A DNA stretch of 64,000 bases from Candidatus Pacearchaeota archaeon CG1_02_39_14. GTDB taxonomy: Archaea > Nanobdellota > Nanobdellia > Pacearchaeales > GW2011-AR1. Shown here piece after piece: positions 27,838 through 37,683 of the stretch (position 1 is the stretch's first letter; every line of letters begins with the position of its first letter). The notes beneath the pieces are model-generated. The model was given only the letters and a program-made list of their open reading frames with translations, had not been told where the DNA came from and made no database searches. Made by a program: the position numbers and the translations under genes. Location of the stretch: NCBI GenBank assembly GCA_001872315.1, contig MNVZ01000010.1, positions 1,057 through 65,056 of the forward strand, read 5' to 3'.

Positions 27838-29271
27838 TTAGTAACTTTTCGCTATGTAAGCCCAATACTTCGCCTTCTCATCACAAACAACACAATCTCC
27901 CAATTTTGCCGACTGATTATCAGGAATGTTCAATACCTTCGCCCCTGTCTTTGCCTTCAAATCATCTTCACACTCCAAGATTCCACATAAAGGAGAGAAC
28001 GCAATCTTCTTTCCAAGAATCGCCTTTTCCAATTCCTTCATATTTTTACATTCAACAATATTATCATACAATAATTTCTTAGCCCCCTCAAAGAGATTAT
28101 CCTGTATCTCTTCCAAAACCCTTGAAATATATTTATCCAAATCCTTCAATTTAACACTTTCCTTCTTTCCAGTATCCCTTCTGGAAACAACAACCTCTTT
28201 CTTAGCCAGGTCTTTAGGCCCTATTTCAATTCTCAATGGAATCCCCTTCATCTCCCATTCTGCAAACTTATTTCCTGGCTTATATCCTTCCCTGTCGTCT
28301 AATAATGCATCATATTTTCTAAGCTTCCCTTCAATCTCCCTGCCTGCCTTCAATACTTTTTCTTTAGAATCCTCAAAGATAATAGGGACTATCACAACTT
28401 TATTAGAAGCCATTTTAGGAGGCAATATCAATCCTTTAGAATCTGAATGGATTGCAAACATCACTCCAAGCATTCTTGTAGAAATTGCAAAAGTATTCTG
28501 CCATGCATATTTCTTCTTCTCATCCTTGTCTAGGAACTGAATGTCGTACGCTTTCGCAAAATGCTGCCCGTCATGATGAAAGTCGGGCCCTTGTATTGCT
28601 TTCCCGTTAGGCATAAAAAATTCCAGGCTTGTCGAATATTCTGCGCCTGCGAATTTCTCTTTCTCGCTCTTTCTCCCAATAAGAGAAGGCAAAGCAAGAA
28701 ACTTCTCGCAAACATCTCTGTAAATTCCTATTACCTGCTTTTCCTCTGCTTTTGCCTCTTTCTCTGTCGCATAAACAGTATGCCCTTCATTCCACAAAAA
28801 TTCCCTTGTCCTTAAAAAAGGAACAGGATGCTTGAATTCCCAGCGCACAACGTTATTCCACTGGTTATACTTCAAAGGCAAATCCCTCCAGCTCCTTATC
28901 CATTTAGAATAAGATTCATACATTATTGTCTCACTTGTTGGCCTAATAGCAAGCCTTTCAGACAGCTTGGAATCTCCTGCTTCAGTGACCCACGCAACTT
29001 CCGGTTTAAAACCAGCAGTATGCTCTTTCAACTTGTCAAATAACCTTTCAGGAATAAGCAATGGAAAATAAACATTCTGAATTCCAAGTCTCTTAAATCT
29101 CTTATCCACTTCCTCCCTAATTTTCTCCCATATTGCATAGGCCCCGGGCTTGTAAACAATCATCCCTGAAACAGACGAATAGTCGGCCAGGTCCGCTTTC
29201 AGCATTATCTGCGTAAACCATTCAGAAAAATCATCCTTTTCAGCAACAATGCCCTTCTCATTCTTGGCCAT
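27838..29271 (-). CDS. proS: prolyl-tRNA synthetase, archaeal/eukaryal type
   Basis: 477 aa class II core with a C-terminal zinc-binding-like domain (CGILECEDD...CVVCDE), typical of archaeal-type ProRS. Confidence 0.85.
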   Translation of the reverse strand: MAKNEKGIVAEKDDFSEWFTQIMLKADLADYSSVSGMIVYKPGAYAIWEKIREEVDKRFKRLGIQNVYFPLLIPERLFDKLKEHTAGFKPEVAWVTEAGDSKLSERLAIRPTSETIMYESYSKWIRSWRDLPLKYNQWNNVVRWEFKHPVPFLRTREFLWNEGHTVYATEKEAKAEEKQVIGIYRDVCEKFLALPSLIGRKSEKEKFAGAEYSTSLEFFMPNGKAIQGPDFHHDGQHFAKAYDIQFLDKDEKKKYAWQNTFAISTRMLGVMFAIHSDSKGLILPPKMASNKVVIVPIIFEDSKEKVLKAGREIEGKLRKYDALLDDREGYKPGNKFAEWEMKGIPLRIEIGPKDLAKKEVVVSRRDTGKKESVKLKDLDKYISRVLEEIQDNLFEGAKKLLYDNIVECKNMKELEKAILGKKIAFSPLCGILECEDDLKAKTGAKVLNIPDNQSAKLGDCVVCDEKAKYWAYIAKSY

Positions 29272-29349
29272 AAGCTAATCTAGGATTATCCGTTATTAAA
29301 AGTTACGTTAGAACGTGAAACAGCAAAAGTTTATAAGTGAGAGGAAGGT

Positions 29350-29892
29350 TTGTTTTTTATGAAGAAAAGATACCTCGGAATTACCGCAGGGGCACTTGCC
29401 TTAGGGGCAACACTTGGAGGTTACCTTTTCCTAAATAAAGAGATAGAAAGAGAAACTCCATTAGAATTGGCCAGGAGAGACTCTATCCAGGATGTTTCTG
29501 GAATAAAGCATGAACCAAAAACTCTGGCCTACCTTTTGGATTTTCATGGTACAAGGCCTCAAATATCTTCCCAGAATCCAGACACATACAGTGACGCATT
29601 ATGGAAAAATCCAACATGGGATGTTGTAGCTTTCTACGACTTGCCAAAGAATTTTGAGAGAGGATTCAATGAAAGCATGGAAGGAATAAGAACAGGCAGA
29701 TATCCTGTCGTGAGTGTCTATATAAGGCCTGATTTAGAAAGAAAATTAGAAGATAATCTTGAACTAAGGAAAAAGCTGAGAGAATATCTCGGGGCATCAG
29801 CAGATACAGAGTATAGAATAATGACCCCAGAACAATCAAAAGTTAATGCCTCAGACGTATTCGATTTCTTTGATCATAAAGCTACTAATTAA
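29350..29892 (+). CDS. secreted hypothetical protein
   Basis: 180 aa with an N-terminal signal/anchor (LGITAGALALGATLGGYLFL). Confidence 0.4.
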   Translation: MFFMKKRYLGITAGALALGATLGGYLFLNKEIERETPLELARRDSIQDVSGIKHEPKTLAYLLDFHGTRPQISSQNPDTYSDALWKNPTWDVVAFYDLPKNFERGFNESMEGIRTGRYPVVSVYIRPDLERKLEDNLELRKKLREYLGASADTEYRIMTPEQSKVNASDVFDFFDHKATN

Positions 29893-29894
29893 AA

Positions 29895-30548
29895 TTACAT
29901 ACATCTATTTGCATTGCACCATTGAGTAGGGCACCTTAAGGTTGGAACCCATGTTCCTGCTGGGCCACAAGTGTATTCACATGCACCTACATCAAGTGGG
30001 AGCTCAAATTCCATACATGCAAGTTGTCCAGGAGTGCAGGCCCCTAGCTTAGCAGGGCATTTTGGCGGAGCAACTGGAGCTGGTTTTGGTTTTCCCCAAA
30101 GAGCAAAATAATTACCGTTATTCTGGCTTTCAATCTGCCCATTAAGAATTACACTAAGAAGCTCTTCTGAAGCTCTTGTTTCTTCTGGATTCAGGCTAGA
30201 GGCTATAGTCTTGCCCTCTTCTGTCCCTCTGGCTACATCCAAAAAATTTTCATTCGAAAAAGAGGAGAGGGTTTCTCTGTTCTCTGTAGAAAGAACCGCT
30301 AAGCCCGAGTAAATAATTCCAAGCAAAGTTTCATCAGAAAGCTGCGATGTATAATAGTCAGCATTCTTGACATATTGCTTCAGGTCAAACTTCCCTGCGT
30401 AAGCAAAAGAAGCAAAAGATGAAAAAACAAGAACTCCGACAAGTAAGATTCCAACGATTAAGGATTCCTTGGTTAGCGATCTCTTAACTCCTAAACTCAT
30501 CAAAAACGCTAGTTTTCTTCTTTTAAATACTTTATTGTGGTAAATCAA
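29895..30548 (-). CDS. membrane-anchored protein with C-terminal Cys-rich module
   Basis: 217 aa with a TM anchor and a C-terminal CPAKLGACTPGQLAC...CEYTCGP...CPTQWCNANRC. Confidence 0.4.
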   Translation of the reverse strand: MIYHNKVFKRRKLAFLMSLGVKRSLTKESLIVGILLVGVLVFSSFASFAYAGKFDLKQYVKNADYYTSQLSDETLLGIIYSGLAVLSTENRETLSSFSNENFLDVARGTEEGKTIASSLNPEETRASEELLSVILNGQIESQNNGNYFALWGKPKPAPVAPPKCPAKLGACTPGQLACMEFELPLDVGACEYTCGPAGTWVPTLRCPTQWCNANRCM

Positions 30549-31177
30549 ACAAGTTTAATTCTTCTTATAACCCTGTGAAATGGAATTATAACAAAATATA
30601 AAGAGAAAAGAGTTAGAAGAATTATAAATGCTGTCCAGGAGAAAGTATAAAAGAGACCAGCAGCACTATTCAGCACTGGAGCACAGAAATAATGAGAGCA
30701 GTTTATGTTATACTCCCTTCCCACAAAATAAGAAAGGACCATTATAATAATTATAGAGATTACAAGGTAAATTACTGACTTTTTATCAGGTCTTTCCGGT
30801 TTAAAAAAGAAAAGCAAAACAATGGAAAGAGGGACCGTAACGGTATGCCTCAAAAAAGTCAGAATCATAAAATAAAGAGGTTGGCCTGCATAAAAATCAT
30901 TTAGACCAAAGAAAGACTGACCAGAAATCAAGAAGTTTGCCCAATCAAGTATCCAGGGGGTTTGGAAAAATATACCCATTGCAGAAAAGAAATAAATCTT
31001 TTTGAGGGATTTTTGGAAACAAGCTATGGCAAGAAAAGCCACGGTAAAGTTGCAGAACCATAGGCTTGAAGAATAATCCCCTTCTGAAAAAGCCAGAGCT
31101 GTGTAGATAACCCAGAATATTGCCAGAATATATCCTATTATTTTAAAGCCAAGGTCTCTCTTCCAAATTTTTCTCAT
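30545..31177 (-). CDS. polytopic membrane protein (start trimmed to avoid tRNA overlap)
   Basis: The track ORF 30545-31243 overlaps a tRNA gene over its first 22 codons. An internal Met (MRKIWKRDLGF...) gives a plausible start at 31177. About 6 TM helices. Confidence 0.45.
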   Translation of the reverse strand: MRKIWKRDLGFKIIGYILAIFWVIYTALAFSEGDYSSSLWFCNFTVAFLAIACFQKSLKKIYFFSAMGIFFQTPWILDWANFLISGQSFFGLNDFYAGQPLYFMILTFLRHTVTVPLSIVLLFFFKPERPDKKSVIYLVISIIIIMVLSYFVGREYNINCSHYFCAPVLNSAAGLFYTFSWTAFIILLTLFSLYFVIIPFHRVIRRIKLV

Positions 31178-31185
31178 TTTTCTTA

Positions 31186-31257
31186 TGGGCCCAAGAGGAA
31201 TTGAACCCCTATCTTCAGGTCCGAGGCCTGACATTCTATCCATTAAACTATGGGCCC
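31186..31257 (-). tRNA. tRNA-Arg (anticodon TCG) - tentative isotype
   Basis: A 72-nt cloverleaf folded by hand. Acceptor GGGCCCA pairs with TGGGCCC. Anticodon stem TCAGG pairs with CCTGA, loop CCTCGGA. T-arm AGGGG-TTCAATT-CCTCT. D-loop contains GG. C at position 33 is unusual. No encoded CCA. Confidence 0.6.
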
Positions 31258-31292
31258 AATAAAAAGAGCCAAATGCAGTTTTTTAAACTTGC

Positions 31293-32444
31293 CTATCTAG
31301 AATTCCTTCGTTCCATCGCCCTCTTAACTCTCTCCTGGGCAATCTTCATTCCTGCTTCTCTTGGAGTAATCTTCTTCTCAAAAGCGGTCTTTAGAACCAA
31401 GTCGGTATTATCACGCAGTTTTTTTCTCACAAGCTCATGCATATACTCGGGGCCCTTGCCTATATATTCGGCATAACTCGAAATAACTCCGCCAGCATTT
31501 GCAACAAAATCAGGAATAATCAATATCCTTTTGGACAATTTTTCCTCAACATCAAGGGGCATCGGTATGTTAGCAGCTTCAACAATTATCTTTGCCTTTA
31601 CTTTATTCATATTACCCTTATTGATAACATCAGGCAATGCGGCAGGGATTAAAACATCAACAGGCAATTCAAATATCTTTTCTCCTGGCAGTTTCTTCCC
31701 ATTTCCAAAAATAACACTTCCTTTATCCATCTTAATTTTCATAACTTCATGATATTTCAGACCGGAAGGATTATACAAAACTCCCTTGCTATCGCTAACT
31801 GCAACAATCTTTGCACCCATCTCTTCCAATTTTTTGAATGTAAATGTTCCTACATTCCCAAAGCCCTCGATAGCAACTGTCGCTTCATTAACTGGAATTT
31901 TGGCATGCTTCAGGGCTATTTCAGTGGAGTGCGCAACACCATATCCTGTACTTCCAAGTTCATGTGGCAGCCCGCAGACCTTTTTCCTGAACAACTTTTT
32001 TCTGCAGAAAGCTAATGGCTTTCCTGTAGCAGAATTGAAATGTCCATTTTCCCTTACATAAATTTCCATTTCTTTCTCGGATGTGTTTATATCTGGAGCA
32101 GAAACATACTGGCTGGGAGATTCATTTCTTATTGCTCTGGCAAATGCTTTGATAAATTCTCCTTTCTTCTTCCCGTCTTTCTTAGAATCAAATATTATTC
32201 CGCTCTTTCCGCCTCCAAAAGGCAATCCTGCAAGAGCGCACTTCCATGTCATTGCCCTTGCCAGTCTGAATACTTCTTTTACGTCCACGCTAGAAGTCAT
32301 CCTGATTCCACCTTTTGCAGGCCCAAGTGCAGTATTATCAATTACTGTAAAACCCCTCATGCCGGTCTTAGGATCGTATACCTCAACAATTTTTTCAGGG
32401 CCCCATTCATCAGTGAACTGGAGTATATCAATTTCTTTTTCCAT
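31293..32444 (-). CDS. gdhA: glutamate dehydrogenase (Glu/Leu/Phe/Val dehydrogenase family)
   Basis: 383 aa with catalytic Lys motif GLPFGGGKSGI and an NAD(P) Rossmann GFGNVG. Confidence 0.8.
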   Translation of the reverse strand: MEKEIDILQFTDEWGPEKIVEVYDPKTGMRGFTVIDNTALGPAKGGIRMTSSVDVKEVFRLARAMTWKCALAGLPFGGGKSGIIFDSKKDGKKKGEFIKAFARAIRNESPSQYVSAPDINTSEKEMEIYVRENGHFNSATGKPLAFCRKKLFRKKVCGLPHELGSTGYGVAHSTEIALKHAKIPVNEATVAIEGFGNVGTFTFKKLEEMGAKIVAVSDSKGVLYNPSGLKYHEVMKIKMDKGSVIFGNGKKLPGEKIFELPVDVLIPAALPDVINKGNMNKVKAKIIVEAANIPMPLDVEEKLSKRILIIPDFVANAGGVISSYAEYIGKGPEYMHELVRKKLRDNTDLVLKTAFEKKITPREAGMKIAQERVKRAMERRNSR

Positions 32445-32484
32445 TAAAAAATATGGAATAGCGGGTATTTAAAATCTTCTCTGG

Positions 32485-33369
32485 CTACTTAAAAAACTTC
32501 CTTACTGCACCCTTAAGATTTTTTTCATGTGCCTGCAAATAGATTCCGGCAATTATTAGGATTACTCCTCCAGTAATAACTCTAACATTCAAATCCTCTC
32601 CCAATATGATAAATGCCCCGATTATTCCGGCAAGGGGCATGGATATCATTATAACTATCGAGCTTATTTCAGCACCAATTTTCTCCAAAGCCAGATTATG
32701 GAAAAGATAAGTTACTCCTGTAGACAGTATTCCAAGTCCAAGAACATACCACATCACACTGCCGGATAGGTTTCCTAATCCATAGATAAAAGGAAAGGGC
32801 AGCAAAATCAGGGTAGCGAAGAGGAAGAACCAAATTATAGCTCCTATTTTATGCTCTCTATTTTCCTTTCTCATCAATATAATAAGAACGGAATACAATG
32901 CCGCCTGCCCGAGAGCGAGATAGTTTCCAAGGGCATTCTCCCCAAATCTGAAAGGATTTATGATTGCAATCCCCACTATACCAACGATTAAAGTGATTAT
33001 CTTTGTTTTTGTTATTTTTTCGTTCAAAAATAAAGCTGCTAGTATTAAAACAATAAAAGGAGAGAAATTAGTAATTAGCACAACATTCTGCACCGGCACA
33101 AAAAGGTTTGCTGCAACAAATAATGTAAAAGTCACAGTCATCACGACAGCGACAATGAAGAAATGCCTCAAGTCTCTTCTATTGACCTTATACCAATTCT
33201 TATCAAGAAAAGGCACAACAATTAAAACCAGGATGAAAGCAAAAAACATCCTGTAAAACATCAGAGTCATCACAGGCACATTACCTCCGATAAGTTTTAC
33301 AAAGATTCCGATGATGCCTGCAAGAGCTCCTGCAATGATAAGATAAATATAATTTTTCACGCCTGCCAT
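32485..33369 (-). CDS. EamA/DMT-superfamily transporter
   Basis: 294 aa, about 10 TM helices, with two EamA-like repeats. Confidence 0.7.
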   Translation of the reverse strand: MAGVKNYIYLIIAGALAGIIGIFVKLIGGNVPVMTLMFYRMFFAFILVLIVVPFLDKNWYKVNRRDLRHFFIVAVVMTVTFTLFVAANLFVPVQNVVLITNFSPFIVLILAALFLNEKITKTKIITLIVGIVGIAIINPFRFGENALGNYLALGQAALYSVLIILMRKENREHKIGAIIWFFLFATLILLPFPFIYGLGNLSGSVMWYVLGLGILSTGVTYLFHNLALEKIGAEISSIVIMISMPLAGIIGAFIILGEDLNVRVITGGVILIIAGIYLQAHEKNLKGAVRKFFK

Positions 33370-33402
33370 TTCAATCCAGGGATATGTAGATTAAAAGCTT
33401 AT

Positions 33403-33661
33403 TTGCCGCTTTCGGCGTTCTGCAAGCCGCTCTGTAACCCGTTCTATGTGCTGCTCTATGTCTGCAAAAGTTGCGCCCCTATGAAGTTTTCTAAGCACAG
33501 CAGGTATTACCTCATCAGGTATGTCTTAACCATTTTTTCTGGCATAATGCGCCTTCAAGGTGTCTATAGCATTATTATAAAGAGAAGGCGAAAAATCAGT
33601 CCCGAACCCTCTATTGAGCCGGGTTGCGAGAGTGTCATAATCTACGGTAGTCATTAAAATA
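33403..33661 (-). pseudogene. GC-rich gene remnant with in-frame stop codon
   Basis: Minus-strand reading frame MTTVDYDTLATRLNRGFGTDFSPSLYNNAIDTLKAHYARKNG-stop-DIPDEVIPAVLRKLHRGATFADIEQHIERVTERLAERRKRQISF, interrupted by an in-frame TAA. Local GC is about 50% against about 33-35% in the surroundings. Confidence 0.3.
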
Positions 33662-33732
33662 CAATCAGCTTTAAGGGTTTTAAATAGTTTTCGCTAATGT
33701 AATCTGCAAAAGTTTCAATAGTTCAAATAAAA

Positions 33733-34062
33733 TCAATCAAATTCTGCTGCCTCTCCGCAAAAGTCCTTGATTGTTTCTGCTGTCCTTTTATCTATTTTTT
33801 CTGCTCCGTCCGATGTATAAAAAGGATGTCCTTCTGGAAAGTGTGATATTCTTATATCCGTTTGCCTTTGCAGTAACTCAAGCGCCCCGAATAGCATTAA
33901 GTCATTAGGGCAATAATGGAGGTCATGGCCTCGGCCAGGAAGATTGCCCAGGACATATGTTCTTGGAGACATAGGAAAATCCATAGCGATACTCGGTATT
34001 TGTCCTCTGCTATGTACCCAAAGTTCTTTTGGAGCTGAACCAACGTAAACAGTTCTGACCAT
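33733..34062 (-). CDS. hypothetical protein in GC-rich patch
   Basis: 109 aa ORF with elevated GC. No recognised family. Confidence 0.4.
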   Translation of the reverse strand: MVRTVYVGSAPKELWVHSRGQIPSIAMDFPMSPRTYVLGNLPGRGHDLHYCPNDLMLFGALELLQRQTDIRISHFPEGHPFYTSDGAEKIDKRTAETIKDFCGEAAEFD

Positions 34063-34107
34063 AAGGGATTATTGGCTTTGGATATTTAAATAATTATATT
34101 CCTGCAT

Positions 34108-35133
34108 TCAACTAAGGCAATGATTCGGAGGGCTTTTCAGGAACTCTCCTAAAACCTTTATCCCTTGTTCGATATCATTCTTAGAAGCAACACTTACAGC
34201 AGTATGCAGATTTCCTACAGGAACGCCAAATACCGCTGAAGGGATACCGCCTTTGGCGACGAATACAGAGGTTGCATCTGTAGTCCCTGATTCGCTGACC
34301 TCTAATTGGAGCTTGACTTTTGCCCTTCTTGCTGCTTTCTCTATGCCTTCAACAAGGCATTTATTGGCAATCATCTCCGCGTCTTTGACAGTAAGAACAG
34401 GTCCATTTCTTAAGGATATTGAATCATCAAAGCTGTTATGCGGCGTGACATCGACAGCAATTGCATAGTCAGGGCTCAAATTAAATACGCTGACTTCAGA
34501 CCCATATAGTCCTACTTCCTCTTGTACAGTGAAGACAAAGACGACTTCATGCCTTGTTTTCAAAGTCCTCATGACCTCAAGAAGCATATAACACCCTATC
34601 CTGTCATCGAGGGCTTTCCCGCCGATTATGTTCTCATTTCCTAAATGGCAGTAATTAGAGCTCTCTGTGAAATGTACATAGCTTCCGACTTCCACTCCTG
34701 CAGCCAAAATTTCTTTTTTTGTAAGCCCGGTAAAGATGAATAGTTCATCCATTGAAAGATTCTTTTTTAGGTCTTGAGAATCTAAAACTTCTGTAGTTGT
34801 TATCAGCCCGCCAATTCTTTTCCTTGTTCTTGTTTTAATATGGACCTTTTGCCCAATGAGGATGTAAGGGTCGATGCCTCCGATAGGGCTTATAGAAATC
34901 TTGCCGTCCTTGCTTATAGAGCTGACCATCATCCCAATCTCATCCATGTGTGCCATCAGCATCACAACAGGTTTTATCCCTTTCTTGATAGCTATAACAT
35001 TCCCAAGCTTGTCAACTTTTACATTTTTCACATATTTCTTAACTTCTTTTATGATAAAATCTCTGACTTCTTTTTCATCACTGCTCACCCCGCTGATGTT
35101 AATAAGCTTCGATAGTAAACTCTCTTTTGGCAT
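34108..35133 (-). CDS. M42-family metallo-aminopeptidase (TET/FrvX-like)
   Basis: 341 aa with M42 metal-ligand blocks (MAHMDEIG..., GGKALDDRIGC, ...VQEEVGLYG). Confidence 0.8.
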   Translation of the reverse strand: MPKESLLSKLINISGVSSDEKEVRDFIIKEVKKYVKNVKVDKLGNVIAIKKGIKPVVMLMAHMDEIGMMVSSISKDGKISISPIGGIDPYILIGQKVHIKTRTRKRIGGLITTTEVLDSQDLKKNLSMDELFIFTGLTKKEILAAGVEVGSYVHFTESSNYCHLGNENIIGGKALDDRIGCYMLLEVMRTLKTRHEVVFVFTVQEEVGLYGSEVSVFNLSPDYAIAVDVTPHNSFDDSISLRNGPVLTVKDAEMIANKCLVEGIEKAARRAKVKLQLEVSESGTTDATSVFVAKGGIPSAVFGVPVGNLHTAVSVASKNDIEQGIKVLGEFLKSPPNHCLS

Positions 35134-35183
35134 TTTTTCCCTCTATAATCAAATAAACAAGAATTCTATTTAAATCTTCTTAA

Positions 35184-35636
35184 TCAGCTCACGCTTTCAT
35201 CATTAATCTGGCACCTTTCAAAGGGAGGAAGAGGTTCTTCCTTCCATCTGCAAATTTTTTCATACTTTTCCAATAAAGCGTTGTGCGAATTTATGGACTC
35301 TGTGCACTTATTCTCATCCTCAATCAACTTCTTCTTGATTTCAGAACAATCTATCTGCTCCAAAAGACATAATTCATACTCCGAGCATTTTTCAGAAGCT
35401 ATCCTGCAATTGGTCTCTACCAGCCATTTTGAGACTTGGAACCTAAGTTCAGGCAGATTGCATTCATTGCTTGAATCAGGAAGCAGGTTTTCGTACTCAT
35501 TAAGCACGCCCAAATCAGATTTAGGGCTAAGCTCTGGCTTACGGATATTGTAACCTATTACTCCTGAAACAGCGATAGCGATGACAAATAAGCTTATCAC
35601 CCATAATGGAATGATTGTTCCTTCCCTTCTTATCAT
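35184..35636 (-). CDS. membrane-anchored Cys-rich hypothetical protein
   Basis: 150 aa with an N-terminal TM helix and 8+ Cys in the ectodomain. Confidence 0.4.
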   Translation of the reverse strand: MIRREGTIIPLWVISLFVIAIAVSGVIGYNIRKPELSPKSDLGVLNEYENLLPDSSNECNLPELRFQVSKWLVETNCRIASEKCSEYELCLLEQIDCSEIKKKLIEDENKCTESINSHNALLEKYEKICRWKEEPLPPFERCQINDESVS

Positions 35637-35672
35637 AAAAAAATAAAGTGCTGCTTATTTATAAATCAACCT

Positions 35673-36362
35673 TTACTTCCCAAAATTTCTTTTTCTTCTG
35701 GAAAATTCTTCTATTGCATCCTTCATATCTTCTGCACTGAAGTCTGGAAAATATTTGTCGCAAAAATAAAGCTCTGCATACACCGACTGGAAAGGCATTA
35801 ACCCTGATGTCCTTTTCTCCCCTGAAGTCCTTATTATCAGGTCTACATCAGGAACCTCTGCATTATCGAGATATTTAGCAAATTCTTTTTCATCCACCTT
35901 CTTTTTTTTGTCTTTTATTATATTGTTCACAGCCCTTACTATCTCATCTCTTCCCCCATAGTCTAGGCAAAGCTGGATGTTAAAATCCTTGAAGTTCTTG
36001 CTTTCTTTTTCCAGGATGCTGATTGCCTCTAGAAGTTTTTTTGGCAGCCTGTCTTTTCTTCCAAAATGCCTGAACCTTGTCTTGTCCTTGGCCAAATCAG
36101 CCCTGAACCTTTCAAAATTGCTTAATATCAGGCTGAAAACAGAATTTATCTCTATCTTAGGCCTTCTCCAGTTCTCAGTAGAAAATCCCCAGAGAGAGAC
36201 ATATTTGATTCCTGCCTCTTTAGCCTCGTCAAAAAGAGACTTAAGGTGGTTGTAATTGCCTCCGCTTAATACTCCCTGGAAGCTCTTCAAGCCATTTTTC
36301 CTGGCCCACCTTCTATTCCCATCAGGGATGATTACAACATGATTTGGAATTATTTTTTTCAT
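35673..36362 (-). CDS. uppS: undecaprenyl/ditrans,polycis-polyprenyl diphosphate synthase (cis-IPPS)
   Basis: 229 aa. The N-terminal HVVIIPDGNRRWA is the cis-prenyltransferase signature. C-terminal RFLxxE-like region. Confidence 0.85.
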   Translation of the reverse strand: MKKIIPNHVVIIPDGNRRWARKNGLKSFQGVLSGGNYNHLKSLFDEAKEAGIKYVSLWGFSTENWRRPKIEINSVFSLILSNFERFRADLAKDKTRFRHFGRKDRLPKKLLEAISILEKESKNFKDFNIQLCLDYGGRDEIVRAVNNIIKDKKKKVDEKEFAKYLDNAEVPDVDLIIRTSGEKRTSGLMPFQSVYAELYFCDKYFPDFSAEDMKDAIEEFSRRKRNFGK

Positions 36363-37399
36363 CCTATCTTTTCTTTGAGTCCCTCTTTAAACCTTTCCAA
36401 ATCCTTGCTTTTAACTCTTACTCCTACAGCGTCCAGATGCCCTCCGCCGGTTGCTCCCTCAAATTCAGGAAGTACTTTTTCTATCAGATCCCTCACATTC
36501 TTTCCCCTAAGAGAAATATTGACAACTCCTCCATTGTCATAAGCAACAACGATTATTTTGTCTGGGTTGTGATAATAGAGCTCGTTTGATATCTCTGAGC
36601 TTATGCTTAAATCCCCTGAATAGGAAAAAAACAAAAGTTTCTCATCATTCTTTTGCCTTGATTTTTTAATAAGGAAATCATATTTCTTCTTTATTTCCCT
36701 ATACTTTTTTCCGAAACTGCTGTAAGAATCCATGTCGGACATCAGCTCGTCCGGAGACTTGCATGAAACAAGAAAATTTTGTAAGGCAACAACATTCGTA
36801 ATGCTGTCCTTCAGTCCAAAAGCCAGGGCTCTTGCAAGCAACCCTATCCCAGTCTTGTAATAAGCATCAAAAGGCCTTTTAATTTCCTTTTTTGCGCCCC
36901 AAAAGTCCCTGTGTCTTTTTGCAAATTCTTCATGAAAGTCAGGAAGATGATTATCAGCTATGCATCCAATCATAGCAATCCACATATCCTCTTTTCTCTT
37001 TGTGACCTCATAACAGATTCTTGTGACTGGCTCTCCTTCCTTGCTTCCCTGTTTTGAAGAATTGTAAGAAAAGACACCTTTATGGTTTTCGTCAATATCA
37101 TGATGATCTATCCAGACAATTGGAATCCCCATATTATCCATCTCCCTGACAAACTTTTCCCCAAGTGATGGCTTGTCAAGAACAAAAATATAATCTGCCT
37201 TGAGCTCCTGAACTTTTCTCATATATCCGAGATCTATATCGGGATGGGTTCTTATTGCAACGCCTCTTCCCCTTCCTAGGTATCTTCTAAGAATAATATA
37301 ACTACACAGCCCATCAGCATCATTGTCGTAAAAGAAAACCGGATTTTGGGCATTTTCCAAATGCTCTTTAATCTCCCTGATTCCATCCTCGTCAAGCAT
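36359..37399 (-). CDS. DHH-DHHA1 family phosphoesterase (second paralog)
   Basis: 346 aa with DHH motif (WIDHHD) and C-terminal GGGH (EGATGGGHLDAVG). ATGA overlap with uppS. Confidence 0.65.
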   Translation of the reverse strand: MLDEDGIREIKEHLENAQNPVFFYDNDADGLCSYIILRRYLGRGRGVAIRTHPDIDLGYMRKVQELKADYIFVLDKPSLGEKFVREMDNMGIPIVWIDHHDIDENHKGVFSYNSSKQGSKEGEPVTRICYEVTKRKEDMWIAMIGCIADNHLPDFHEEFAKRHRDFWGAKKEIKRPFDAYYKTGIGLLARALAFGLKDSITNVVALQNFLVSCKSPDELMSDMDSYSSFGKKYREIKKKYDFLIKKSRQKNDEKLLFFSYSGDLSISSEISNELYYHNPDKIIVVAYDNGGVVNISLRGKNVRDLIEKVLPEFEGATGGGHLDAVGVRVKSKDLERFKEGLKEKIG

Positions 37400-37470
37400 C
37401 CAACAATTTCATAAGCCAGATATTTAAGTCTAACGATGCGATTTAGGACAACAATCTTTATAAATTAAAA

Positions 37471-37683
37471 TTGGATATAAAAAATATGAACAAATGGTCT
37501 GAACTTTTGCTTGGATTGATTCTGATTATAATTCCTATAGTGATTGCATGGTATTCACAATCATGGCCGGGATGGGATTTCTGGAGCGCTGCAGGCACAT
37601 TCTTTAAAGGCGGTTTATTCTGGTTTATTGTCATAATAGGCGTTCTTTTCGTTCTTCTTGGCATTTCTGATTTGAAAGGATGA
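37471..37683 (+). CDS. small two-TM membrane protein
   Basis: 70 aa, strongly hydrophobic. 4-nt overlap with the downstream ORF. Confidence 0.35.
   Translation: MDIKNMNKWSELLLGLILIIIPIVIAWYSQSWPGWDFWSAAGTFFKGGLFWFIVIIGVLFVLLGISDLKG

Noticed and set aside
28530-29043. Several 60-84 aa ORFs inside proS
   Set aside because: All are embedded in or antisense to the ProRS coding region, with no independent support.
33403-33657. Plus-strand 84-aa ORF from the track
   Set aside because: Composition and the better-looking interrupted reading frame on the opposite strand suggest this is a shadow ORF over a GC-rich pseudogene region.
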